From a virus (taxonomy: Duplodnaviria; Caudoviricetes), in IMG/VR virus record IMGVR_UViG_3300005286_000507, positions 1 through 51,020 of that record: DNA of 51,020 nt. One strand, 5' to 3'. Position 1 is the stretch's first letter, and every line of letters begins with the position of its first letter. Below the pieces are notes generated by a model that made no database searches, was not told the origin of the DNA, and worked only from the letters and a program-made list of their open reading frames with translations. The translations under genes were made by a program, and so were the position numbers. Positions 39,101 through 47,354 of the stretch are shown here, in pieces.

Positions 39101-39898
39101 AAGTACCGCTATGCCACGTCTGAAAAGGGGCAGAAACATTTTCTCGAGTTGCAAGAAAAACTACGTCAGATGGATGTGGAGGACCAGAAGCGCAGCCTGC
39201 AGGATGAGCGAGAACAGAAGCTGGAAGCGCTGGAAAAAGAGAAGAAGGATATTGAATCCTGGTACGATGAGTTGAAGGATGCGACGGACGACCTGACCAA
39301 GGACCTGACAAAACTGTACAAACTTGCTGACGATGAGCGGTTGAAGTCTTTTAAGGAGACAAACGCGCTGATCATTGAGGAAATGAACAAGCTTCAGACA
39401 GCCATGGCGGCAGGAACAGCAGTTAATGCTGGTAATGCGGCAGTTATCTCTCAGATGATGGCGAACAGTGCAGCGTGGTCCTCTGCTTCTCCAACGGACC
39501 GAAAACGTCTAGAGGATGATAATTACCGCTTAGGAACGTCACAAGGCTGGATTCGCAAGGTGGACGGCCGTTGGTATTTGCCAGATGGCAAGACGCCGGC
39601 TTACCATACTGGTGGATTTGTCGGAGAATCAAACTTCCGAAACGAAAGCTACCTCATGCCGGATGAAATCCAAGCTATCTTCAAGCGTGGCGAATTGGCG
39701 CTGACACCGCAGCAGATTGGAAGTATCGTAGGTGCTAGGGGTGGACAATCGATATCGGTTGGGAAAATCGTAGGCGTAGAACTAAACGACGTTGTCCTGG
39801 AAGACGAAATTGACTTGAGGTCATACGAAAAATCAGGCGGAAACGAAGCTGTTGAAATCCTGAGACAGCAATTGAGAGGGGGCGGCGGTGTTGGCTGA
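36155..39898 (+). CDS. Tape measure protein
   Basis: 1247 aa, MDLGELRARLTAD, helical, central hydrophobic segment, YHTGG..GE C-terminus. Confidence 0.95.
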   Translation: MDLGELRARLTADAREMRAELRAIKEDLRGQSAEAKAASGSFDGLNAALSQIGLNADQIKRIQDNIRNTNPEVLRRQLEAVREQLRNMGLDAEQIAEIEEQLNDTADAADEATQSLQGIESILIAIGSIVSIQKIADIIKATVGETNKLQNSLKGLNSIAMSFHQNIDDTNDAVQGLAKDGLAPVSTYAAGLKSLLSTGLGLDQANELLETFKDRAAFGKSETISFSQAVENLAQSFKTESSEIGDLSGMTENYSLILEKGAQAIGKKVSALTQAERTQAKYLGILQLSRPYLGDAEKLTESFSGRQAALNAKWVEAQQIIGEAYIPVLDQAMETITPILVGFEKWAAQNKDVVAGITAFTLAIGALVAGIVVMIPVVGKSTVAVNYFRKAILDASTAAAAATTRMAAFGAALNVLAGPIGWIITGIGILAAGVWAYKSAADATTESIWKFAQSQEELNRKLSESPLTSTVQDVKNLQADLEKINEVLEQRKELQDELNALSPDDSLERIAKKISSYVKFDSEQVKIDELKKKINELDEQLSTLGVNTPDDAPKVLAELNEQLKDSIPALQELEREGLRNIATQVQHIDKVSDLKKQYEQLDKLEKLTTAQKSQLNEVVKQLTQEYPGLLSELDEEGRWHIKNKDLLDTLIAAEKESVAVSAQGAKDRIENRKKETEAKLKLAKLQIEALMKAEGVNLEDTKIGSKLPGNLAKGLDFVGDLILQGTAAQLQQNVNKYQQTINDLDKDLASITTGRWDDFIFKIDDEPVDEKTKKTKTKTLEEIQQEEYQAALKYIQYKRDLNQMSEKQELAALEKLEARYKKNAEIRMDVEVRIYKLRDQMNKASFDASSEWIEQEERRMTLAGKTEDEITKMKLEAWTRVRNRYMKDSELYKQADTQVYQAKVALMKSAAKAEEEAAKEQEQRNKETTKKALDAIEKAKKAELAALDERKKAIEDFYRDQERIIDDKERLKERNDLVAEMEKYRYATSEKGQKHFLELQEKLRQMDVEDQKRSLQDEREQKLEALEKEKKDIESWYDELKDATDDLTKDLTKLYKLADDERLKSFKETNALIIEEMNKLQTAMAAGTAVNAGNAAVISQMMANSAAWSSASPTDRKRLEDDNYRLGTSQGWIRKVDGRWYLPDGKTPAYHTGGFVGESNFRNESYLMPDEIQAIFKRGELALTPQQIGSIVGARGGQSISVGKIVGVELNDVVLEDEIDLRSYEKSGGNEAVEILRQQLRGGGGVG

Positions 39899-40436
39899 TG
39901 GATTTACTTTCCGGGGGCAACACTGCTCCCTTTTTGGTATTAACCTATTGTCTTATCGAATCCATGACCCCGATTTGAGAGAGTATGAGGACGAGGCAGA
40001 CGGCAGGGCCGGAACGATCGATTATGGGTCAGAGTTTAGCAAAAGAGCGATCGATCTGAAGATTGACATCGAGCCAAATGATATGCCATTCCGTTTGCGA
40101 CAATCACAAATCTATAACTGGTTAAAACCCACACTACCGGCCGGAATCCTCGTGTTTGACGAGATACCGGACCGGTTTTTTTATGCCAAATTGACCGGAC
40201 GGCTGAGCCCAGAACAATTTTATCGTTACGGCACATTTGACCTGACATTAAAATGCACCGATCCGTTTGCTTACGGGCCGGAGATTATTCACGAATCCAC
40301 TATCACGGCGTCGCCGACACCGATTGATATCCAGTCTCTTGGAAGCGAACCGACACCACCCTTAATCGAGCTGACAAACACTGGGTCGACCACGATCAAT
40401 CTCTTAAAACTGCAAGTCGAATATCAAATCGAATAG
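39888..40436 (+). CDS. Distal tail protein (Dit), N-terminal part
   Basis: GFTFRGQH, GRAG, LVFDEIPDRFFYA, CTDPFAY. Confidence 0.85.
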   Translation: MLADGFTFRGQHCSLFGINLLSYRIHDPDLREYEDEADGRAGTIDYGSEFSKRAIDLKIDIEPNDMPFRLRQSQIYNWLKPTLPAGILVFDEIPDRFFYAKLTGRLSPEQFYRYGTFDLTLKCTDPFAYGPEIIHESTITASPTPIDIQSLGSEPTPPLIELTNTGSTTINLLKLQVEYQIE

Positions 40437-40447
40437 GAGCGATCATC

Positions 40448-40849
40448 ATGGCAATGGCAGTTAGCAACTTTTTGGCAACCGCGCTGCTCAATCAGGTATT
40501 CCGCAACACCGCGTACACGCGGCCGACGACGGTGTATCTTGCGCTGTATACCTCCAACCCTACCGCGGCAGATAGCGGTACTGAGGTTTCAGGAGGATCT
40601 TATGCAAGGCAAGCGATAACGTTCGGAGCGCCGGCCGTGGTCGGGGGAAAGCAAACAATCTCCAATGCTTCCGACATAACATTCCCGACCGCAACGGCTG
40701 ATTGGGGGAACATCACACATGTCGGAATACGAGATGCTTCGACGGGCGGTAACTTGCTCTACTATGGTCCAGCAGAAAATCCTCGAAGCATCCTAAATGG
40801 GGATGTTATTAAGCTTCTTGCCGGATCACTTGCGGCAAATCTGAACTAA
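40448..40849 (+). CDS. Tail/baseplate-associated protein
   Basis: VYLALYTSNP, EVSGGSYARQ, FPTATADWG, GGNLLY. Confidence 0.75.
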   Translation: MAMAVSNFLATALLNQVFRNTAYTRPTTVYLALYTSNPTAADSGTEVSGGSYARQAITFGAPAVVGGKQTISNASDITFPTATADWGNITHVGIRDASTGGNLLYYGPAENPRSILNGDVIKLLAGSLAANLN

Positions 40850-40862
40850 GGCGGGGTGTAGG

Positions 40863-41912
40863 ATGGCACAACAACCAATGTATCCCGGGTTTGTTAACAG
40901 CCCGCAGACAGAGTTGGTCGAAGCGATTGACGATACTCAAACAACCATCGAAGTAACGGATGCGTCAAATTTACCGGACGGCCCCAACCTTGCGACGATC
41001 GGCAGCGACGAAACAGCCGAAACCATCCGTTACGATGAAATAATAGGGAATGAGTTGACCGGCGTTGAGCGCGGCTTTCAGGGTGCATCTAAGGCTTGGG
41101 GTGCGGGGAGCAAGGTTGCTCGCCAATACACAGCATATGACCATGATGCGGCCAGGGAAAATATCGCTGATATTGACGGTCGCGTTGCTGCACAAATGGC
41201 GGATTTTGAGGAGCATGTAGACAATACAACCACTGCGCATGGAGTTAATACAAGATTGCCGATTTCTGGCGGGGTGATGACCGGAAAATTGACTGTTCCG
41301 GAAATCGAACTTGAAAATCGGATGGTTATAAAATCGACGGTTGTCGTTTTTAGTGGAAGCGTAAACGACAAGTTGGACATCGAGGTTCCTGGGGGTTTTT
41401 ACGGATCAATTGATGTTATAGTTACATCTAATTTCGGCACAAACAATGCGACGGGTTCGCTGACCAAACGAATGGAAGTTGGATTTTCACAGGCGGGTGC
41501 TATCACTGCCAACGAGGCAGTATACACAAATGCCGGCTTGCGAGTATCGTCTTATTTCACGATATCAGATTTATCGTGGGATAGTTCCAAGTCTAAGGGT
41601 GTAATAAAAGTTTCTAGGCTTGTTGGCACAGGACCTCAAAGCGTTTCAATTATTGTAATTTTATATGCGCCCAGCGCAACGGTTGCAAATATTGCACGGA
41701 ATACAACTTTTTCATCTGTTTATTCATCGGACACAACCGTATTTCCTGCGGCATATGACATAAAAAATTTCATTTTTAGAGGGACGGGAAGCCCTGAGGG
41801 TGTGGTTACCGCCTCCGTTGGAACCCTTTACTTGCGTTTAGACGGAAGTACATCGACCACGCTTTATGTAAAAACGTCCGGAACAGGGAATACGGGGTGG
41901 ACTGCAAAATGA
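40863..41912 (+). CDS. Tail fibre/receptor-binding protein
   Basis: N-terminal anchor (NSPQTEL..LTGVERG), LPISGGVMTG, C-terminal GSPEGVVTASVGTLYLR..GNTGW. Confidence 0.8.
   Translation: MAQQPMYPGFVNSPQTELVEAIDDTQTTIEVTDASNLPDGPNLATIGSDETAETIRYDEIIGNELTGVERGFQGASKAWGAGSKVARQYTAYDHDAARENIADIDGRVAAQMADFEEHVDNTTTAHGVNTRLPISGGVMTGKLTVPEIELENRMVIKSTVVVFSGSVNDKLDIEVPGGFYGSIDVIVTSNFGTNNATGSLTKRMEVGFSQAGAITANEAVYTNAGLRVSSYFTISDLSWDSSKSKGVIKVSRLVGTGPQSVSIIVILYAPSATVANIARNTTFSSVYSSDTTVFPAAYDIKNFIFRGTGSPEGVVTASVGTLYLRLDGSTSTTLYVKTSGTGNTGWTAK
41185..41216. other. Putative recombination site A (12-8-12)
   Basis: TTGCTGCACAAA-TGGCGGAT-TTTGAGGAGCAT; arms 9/12 complementary. Confidence 0.6.
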
Positions 41913-42226
41913 TAAAATCATGCGTATTGACGAATGGAATGGTTGAACATATCGGAGAGTGGAACTACCAATTCATAGATATCGACGGAGAGCAAATTCC
42001 TCAAAACCCTCTGCCAGAGGGCGCGGTAATTGTCGACCTCGAAGTCTATCAAGACGCGGATGGGGCATGGAGAGTGGTGGGTCACGAGCCGCCACTAGAC
42101 AATACAACCGCGCTAGCGCTTGCTCTCGCGGAGTTAGCGGAAGCGCAGGAAGTGGACAAGACGGAGATCCAGTTAGCTCTCGCCGAGCTAGCCGAGCTTA
42201 TGACAGGAGGCGATATCGATGGCTAA
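41909..42226 (+). CDS. Tail-fibre-associated small protein
   Basis: HIGEWNY..NPLPEGA; helical C-terminus LALAELAE; ATGA coupling. Confidence 0.7.
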   Translation: MIKSCVLTNGMVEHIGEWNYQFIDIDGEQIPQNPLPEGAVIVDLEVYQDADGAWRVVGHEPPLDNTTALALALAELAEAQEVDKTEIQLALAELAELMTGGDIDG

Positions 42227-42323
42227 AATCTACTACGATTTGATAGTTAAAGGTCTCAAGACGATCGACGACGTGCCGATCAGGTGGCGGGCGGATGTAC
42301 AAGCTTTACTCGACGCTGAATAA
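42219..42323 (+). CDS. 34-aa XkdX/CD1375-like peptide
   Basis: MAKIYYDLIVKGLKTIDDVPIRWRADVQALLDAE, AGGAGG RBS. Confidence 0.7.
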   Translation: MAKIYYDLIVKGLKTIDDVPIRWRADVQALLDAE

Positions 42324-42344
42324 ACGGAACATTTTGTGCAGCAA
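42313..42344. other. Putative recombination site B (12-8-12)
   Basis: ACGCTGAATAAA-CGGAACAT-TTTGTGCAGCAA; outer arm is the exact reverse complement of the site A outer arm. Confidence 0.6.
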
Positions 42345-42371
42345 GCTCGCGTCTCCGGCGCGAGCTATTTT
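42344..42371 (+). terminator. Intrinsic terminator right after site B
   Basis: AGCTCGCG-TCTCCGG-CGCGAGCT-ATTTT. Confidence 0.65.
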
Positions 42372-42393
42372 CGCCTTCATGGAGGGGTGACAG

Positions 42394-42672
42394 ATGAAAG
42401 ATCACGAGCATCTGCAGCAAATTGCGGATCGCCTGAATGGTGTCCTTGAATTGCTGTCCGTGGGTTCCGATTATCAGATAAAGGTGATAATCGTTTCGAA
42501 AAATGGTGAGCAAAATGGACGACACAACTTCGCGATTCCGGAGGGTGTCGAGATTCTAACCGTGAACGGAACGACCATTCCGTGGTCGCCGCGTCAAGAC
42601 CACAACATGGGGATGACAAATAAAAAAGCCCCGGATCACTCCGGGACAAGTTCGAGAATATCGGTAAGCTGA
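42394..42672 (+). CDS. Hypothetical protein
   Basis: GGAGGGG RBS, 92 aa. Confidence 0.55.
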   Translation: MKDHEHLQQIADRLNGVLELLSVGSDYQIKVIIVSKNGEQNGRHNFAIPEGVEILTVNGTTIPWSPRQDHNMGMTNKKAPDHSGTSSRISVS

Positions 42673-42842
42673 CAGTTCAGGACTTCGCATATTTTGGCTA
42701 GGTTCTTAAGGGGTAAATGCTTCGTCTTATTGGCGCACATCTCAAATATGGATGGTTGCCGAATACCGGTCAATCTCGACAACTCGTTCTGAGACATGTC
42801 CCTCTTATCGAGCAACACGTCGAGCTTGATGATAATTTTCAC
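42636..42842 (-). CDS. Small Cro/C1-type HTH regulator (YozG-like)
   Basis: KLDVLLDKRDMSQNELSRLTGI..LAKICEVLNCQLTDIL. Confidence 0.88.
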   Translation of the reverse strand: MKIIIKLDVLLDKRDMSQNELSRLTGIRQPSIFEMCANKTKHLPLKNLAKICEVLNCQLTDILELVPE

Positions 42843-42862
42843 ATAATCCCCCCGGAAACTTG

Positions 42863-42914
42863 ATACGAATAACGTATAACACTATACTATAGATAGTCAA
42901 TACGAAAAACGTAT
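42863..42914. promoter_or_regulatory. Twin palindromic operators between the HTH and recombinase genes
   Basis: ATACG-AATAA-CGTAT (42863-42877) and ATACG-AAAAA-CGTAT (42900-42914). Confidence 0.7.
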
Positions 42915-42932
42915 AGTTGCGGAGGGGACGAC

Positions 42933-43925
42933 ATGCAGGCTGCCGGGGAGCATTTACTGTCTCAAGTCACTCAGTCGTTGTTCGCGCTTTGTCCAACCGT
43001 CAGTGTACCGGACATTCAGGCGCGGCTGTCGGAAATCATCTCTCAATATGACATCAAGAGAATTGAATCGGAGGAGCCGCATCCAGATCTTCAAGAGAAG
43101 ATTGAACTTTTTTTGTCGGGAAAGAAGCTTGAAGGCCTATCGCCGTTGTCACTGGATGGGTATCGGCTCCAACTCCGAGTATTCTCCGAGCACGTAAAAA
43201 AGAGGGTCGAGGACATCACGACGGCAGACCTCAGGGTCTACCTTGGGCGCTTCCAGCATTTGAAGAGCGCAACCCTGTCGTCAAAGCTGTCCGTGCTCAA
43301 GTCGTTCTTCGGTTGGTTGACCGCTGAGGATATCATTCCAAAGGACCCTTCCGCAAAAATTAAACCACCGAAGAAAGAAAAGCGGCTGCCGAAGGCGCTC
43401 ACGATCGAAGAGCTTGAAATGATGCGCGAAGCTTGTAAGACGATCCGCGAGCGGGCCCTGATCGAAGCTATGTATGCAACCGGCTGCCGCCTTTCGGAGG
43501 TTCAGAAACTCAACCGGTCTGACATCAACTTTACCACGCAGTCATGCCGCGTGATCGGCAAGGGCAATAAGGAGCGCGAAGTTTACTTCAGCTTCAAGGC
43601 GATCTACCACCTGAAGAAATACTTCCTCTCACGAGGAGACCAGGAGCAAGCGTTGTTTATCACGGAGCGCCGGCCGTACCGCCGTATTTCGAAGCGAGGC
43701 ATTCAACGGGAAATTGGAATCATCGCAGTTCGAGCGAAGATCCCTAAGAACGTAACGCCTCATACGCTCCGCCACACTTTCGCGACGCTAACGCTTAATA
43801 ACGGCGCCGAACTGGTGGCCGTGCAAGAATTGCTGGGCCATGAAAACCCGGCGACAACACAGATATACGCTTCGATCACCGCGGAGCGTAAACGGGAACA
43901 GCATAGAAAATATCTCGTTCAATAA
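42933..43925 (+). CDS. XerD-like tyrosine recombinase (third in the prophage)
   Basis: SAM-like domain, TGCRLSE, GKGNKER, HTLRHT, LGH, TTQIY. Confidence 0.95.
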   Translation: MQAAGEHLLSQVTQSLFALCPTVSVPDIQARLSEIISQYDIKRIESEEPHPDLQEKIELFLSGKKLEGLSPLSLDGYRLQLRVFSEHVKKRVEDITTADLRVYLGRFQHLKSATLSSKLSVLKSFFGWLTAEDIIPKDPSAKIKPPKKEKRLPKALTIEELEMMREACKTIRERALIEAMYATGCRLSEVQKLNRSDINFTTQSCRVIGKGNKEREVYFSFKAIYHLKKYFLSRGDQEQALFITERRPYRRISKRGIQREIGIIAVRAKIPKNVTPHTLRHTFATLTLNNGAELVAVQELLGHENPATTQIYASITAERKREQHRKYLVQ

Positions 43926-43950
43926 GCCCTCATAAGGGGCTTTTTATTTT
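43924..43950 (+). terminator. Intrinsic terminator
   Basis: AAGCCCT-CATAA-GGGGCTT-TTTATTTT. Confidence 0.7.
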
Positions 43951-43968
43951 GAAAGGAGCTGACGCTCC

Positions 43969-44481
43969 ATGTTTAATCGCGGCGCATTCAACCGCATGCC
44001 GTTTAATCGTTCGTTTTCTGTAGAGATATTGTTCTCGGCCGTTTTGCAAGGCGAAGGAGGTTTGATAGCCAATCCCAACGTGGAGTATTTAGCTACCGTC
44101 ACCTTAGAGGGAGAAGGAGAACTGTTCGCATCCTACATCCGTGAATATCTTGTCAGCGCCGTTTTGCAAGGCGAAGGCTCCCTGACAGCCATTTCGATCC
44201 GCGAACGACTATTCAGCGCTCTTCTTCAAGGCGAAGGTGAACTTAAGGTTGCGGCCAGTCGGTTTCACATTGATGAAATCGACGTCCTCGGACCGTTTGC
44301 GCCGGGAGACAAGATCGTCATTGATTCAGCCAAACTCCGCGTCACGAAAAACGGTTCGGCAATCGGATACGAGGGCGAATTCTTTAACCTCAACCCGGGA
44401 GGCAACCACATTGTTTACACGGATACCGCAACTGGGAGAACGGTGCAAATCCGAATTACTCATCGCGACCGCTTTATCTGA
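43969..44481 (+). CDS. Tail protein with Dit C-terminal-like domain and SAVLQGEG repeats
   Basis: Four L(Q/E)GEG repeats; GDKIVIDS..VTKNG..GEFFNLNPGGNHI. Confidence 0.7.
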   Translation: MFNRGAFNRMPFNRSFSVEILFSAVLQGEGGLIANPNVEYLATVTLEGEGELFASYIREYLVSAVLQGEGSLTAISIRERLFSALLQGEGELKVAASRFHIDEIDVLGPFAPGDKIVIDSAKLRVTKNGSAIGYEGEFFNLNPGGNHIVYTDTATGRTVQIRITHRDRFI

Positions 44482-46482
44482 TTGGAGGTGATTACAATCG
44501 CCAGGAAATTCGAATCCCGCCTTGAACTTCACGTTGGTTCGATACGACACATTCTCGCGGCCGCGTTTCAGGTCAGAGTGCGCGAAGTGGTCAACGGGGA
44601 GTATTACGTCCAATTTATCTACCCGCGCGAGGACGACGACGCAGAGCGCTACACGGCACTTCTTGAAGGGCATGACATCCAGTTCCCTCAAAACGTCGAG
44701 CGCGGCCAGCGTTTTAGAATCAGGAGAGTTGAGGAAGTTAGGGAAGGCCGGAAGGTTTATAAGGTCGTCGAGGCCCATCATATCGCCTTCACGCTCAACA
44801 ACTATTACCTAGACGATTATATCGACTTCGCTGCGGCAAAGACGCTCTCCGAGATGCTGACAATGCTGGGAAACGACACTCCGTTCACTTTTGCGATTGA
44901 AGGGTCGTTTGATGCTCAGGATATATTTGACTGGGGCGAGAAAAAGCGTTACGACCTCCTGCAGGAGTTGCGTCAACTCTACGGCGCGGAAATCGCCCAT
45001 GACAATTATGCAATCACCCTGACGACGCGCAAGGGCGGGAACTACGGCGCTCGCGTCCGGTATGCGCACAATATGAAGGGCATACGACGAACAAGCCATG
45101 ACATGGAGCGCATTACGCGGTTGTATGGGTATGGCAAAAACGGCCTGACAATCGAAGGATATGGCGGACGGACGGTCAAATACATTGATTCGCCTTATCT
45201 GGACCCGTCTAATCCGTTTATGGGCTCGATGGAGTGGCCGGACATCGACGATCAAGGCCGGTTGCTGCAGGAGATGGAAAAGTATCTCGCAAAGTACGAG
45301 TTTCCGAACGTCTCCTATGCAACGGATTTTATCCAGATGGAAAAGGTAGACGCCGATTTCGAATCCGAGCGAATACGAGAGGCAGGCGATACGGTTACGG
45401 TCCTGGACACGGATTTGGGATACTCCTTCGACGCCCGGGCGATTGAATATGAGCGTTATCCGTTCGAACCAAAGAGGGGGAGTGCCATTCTCGCAAATTT
45501 CCGGCCAATGAAGACTTCGGACTACATTTTTCAGGCTACGGTTGCGTCAAAGAAGGCCATGGTATATACGTCCGAGAATGCCGTTCTCAAGGGCGTCAAA
45601 TATGATGACTCCTTAACCCTTGTCGATGGTCTCGGGATGAAGGTAACGGATGACCTGGCTCGCGAACGGCTCAGAATTGGGCAGACAGGTCCGGGAGAGT
45701 ACGGACTTACCATGTACAACAAAGCCGGAGACAAGACCGTATGGCAGGATGCCACGACCGGAGACGCGAGGTTTAAGGGGCTTATCCAGGCATCGGCGTT
45801 TGAAGGCGGGACGATAGCCATAGGCAGCGGAAACAATATCTTTAAGGCCGGTCCTGATGGGATACAACTTGGACATGCTAACTTTGCTTCAGCACCGTTC
45901 CGAGTCAGCCCGAACGGTCACATGGTCGCTGTTGGAGCAGAGTTTAGCGGGACGATCACTGCATCAATCCTATCAGGAGGACAGATCAACGGGACGACGA
46001 TTACCGGTTCATTGATTCAGACGGCACAGGCTGGCGTATATCCGAGATCGGAAATGAGTGTTTCTCAAGCCTATTTTGCCGCATATGCCGCAGCAAATAA
46101 GTATATCATGATGTCACCATACTTTTTCCAAGGCAGCGGCGTTGTCTTATCTTTTAATGATGGGGCATATGATACGGCCCTTTACCAAGATGGATCGCTA
46201 TTCGTCATTGGTGGAGTGGATACAAGAGTTCTTGGAGATTTGTCCATTCAAGGTTCTGGAGAGTTGTGGGTTCCTACTTGGGGACAAATAGTTGCAGGGT
46301 CGACATCTCTTTCCACTGAACTAGGGGGTAAAGCAACTTACGGAGCAGACACAACGCCTGCTGGAGGGCATAATCACGGTATATCCCCTGGGAGATATAT
46401 TATGACATACGACGCTGCAGGAAATGAACTTGGTCTGCAACTATGGGTCGCGGCAGCCGCACACGTGCACAATCAGACGTAA
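44482..46482 (+). CDS. Tal/tail spike (prophage tail endopeptidase family)
   Basis: VREVVNGEY, YAHNMKGI, ITRLYGYGKNGL, GDTVTV. Confidence 0.85.
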   Translation: MEVITIARKFESRLELHVGSIRHILAAAFQVRVREVVNGEYYVQFIYPREDDDAERYTALLEGHDIQFPQNVERGQRFRIRRVEEVREGRKVYKVVEAHHIAFTLNNYYLDDYIDFAAAKTLSEMLTMLGNDTPFTFAIEGSFDAQDIFDWGEKKRYDLLQELRQLYGAEIAHDNYAITLTTRKGGNYGARVRYAHNMKGIRRTSHDMERITRLYGYGKNGLTIEGYGGRTVKYIDSPYLDPSNPFMGSMEWPDIDDQGRLLQEMEKYLAKYEFPNVSYATDFIQMEKVDADFESERIREAGDTVTVLDTDLGYSFDARAIEYERYPFEPKRGSAILANFRPMKTSDYIFQATVASKKAMVYTSENAVLKGVKYDDSLTLVDGLGMKVTDDLARERLRIGQTGPGEYGLTMYNKAGDKTVWQDATTGDARFKGLIQASAFEGGTIAIGSGNNIFKAGPDGIQLGHANFASAPFRVSPNGHMVAVGAEFSGTITASILSGGQINGTTITGSLIQTAQAGVYPRSEMSVSQAYFAAYAAANKYIMMSPYFFQGSGVVLSFNDGAYDTALYQDGSLFVIGGVDTRVLGDLSIQGSGELWVPTWGQIVAGSTSLSTELGGKATYGADTTPAGGHNHGISPGRYIMTYDAAGNELGLQLWVAAAAHVHNQT

Positions 46483-46522
46483 CCTATGATATACTTAATC
46501 CAAATATTGGAGGGGGTATAGC

Positions 46523-47104
46523 ATGCGTAAATATCTTGTTGGTTTCATTGCTGGATTGTTGTTCATGGCCGCTCTGCCAGTCTATGGCGCAGTAACTTCG
46601 ATGATCGGTAAGAAGGTTTCGAATGAAATAACGGTAACTCTTAACAATGGTGATGTGGGAAAGGCAATAGTTGTTGATGGTCGTAGTTATCTACCGGTAA
46701 GAGACCTATCAAATGCTCTAAAACTAAAGCTAAATGTCACAAAGGAGGAGATTTCGTTAGTGAGTCAGCTTATCATAACACCAGATAACACGGATCAAGT
46801 TTCAGTAATAAATGAAAAAATTAACAGCCTCACTCTTCAAAAGAATATTGCTGTAAAAAAGAGAGACCAGATTAACGATGGGTTCCCTGGACTAGAAAAA
46901 CAGTTTGAGGGAGCAAAGCAGATGCTTGATTCAACCACTGACACTACGACTTTTCGATATAATCAAATATTAGAAAGCGTAGAACAATTGAAAAAAATGA
47001 TAGCTGACACTGAGCAAGAACTTGTCGACCTCGAAGCCCAAATCATCGATTACGATCGGCAGATTGAAGAACTCGAGTCGCAGCTTGAAGAACTGAATAA
47101 ATAA
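46523..47104 (+). CDS. Secreted moron protein (amine-oxidase-N-like stalk plus coiled coil)
   Basis: Signal peptide, VDGRSYLPVRDL; own TGnTATACT (46487-46495) and terminator (47108-47136). Confidence 0.7.
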   Translation: MRKYLVGFIAGLLFMAALPVYGAVTSMIGKKVSNEITVTLNNGDVGKAIVVDGRSYLPVRDLSNALKLKLNVTKEEISLVSQLIITPDNTDQVSVINEKINSLTLQKNIAVKKRDQINDGFPGLEKQFEGAKQMLDSTTDTTTFRYNQILESVEQLKKMIADTEQELVDLEAQIIDYDRQIEELESQLEELNK

Positions 47105-47153
47105 CCAAAGAGACGCTCTTAACGGGGCGTCTTTTTCATTGGAGGAAACAACG

Positions 47154-47354
47154 ATGGGCACTAATGAACTCCTTGCTTTAATCGTCTTATCAATTCTTAT
47201 TGGTGGTTACATCGTTCTAATCCCGCTTTACTTGGTCAAACGTGCGGAGCTTGAGACGTTATGGAGATGTCACCGAAAGGTATGTGATGAAAGAAATGAA
47301 GCACACATAAAAATCGAAAAGCTCACTCTTGGTTCGGGACAGACGGAACATTGA
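47154..47354 (+). CDS. Small membrane protein
   Basis: GGAGG RBS, N-terminal TM helix. Confidence 0.5.
   Translation: MGTNELLALIVLSILIGGYIVLIPLYLVKRAELETLWRCHRKVCDERNEAHIKIEKLTLGSGQTEH

Noticed and set aside
42373-42388. GCCTTCATGG shared with the attL region (371-380) as attR
   Set aside because: Only 10 bp, overlaps an RBS, and lies within essential tail genes
40863-43925. DGR or classic shufflon for the tail fibre
   Set aside because: No reverse transcriptase, no TR/VR duplicate, and no alternative inverted fibre C-terminus in the window
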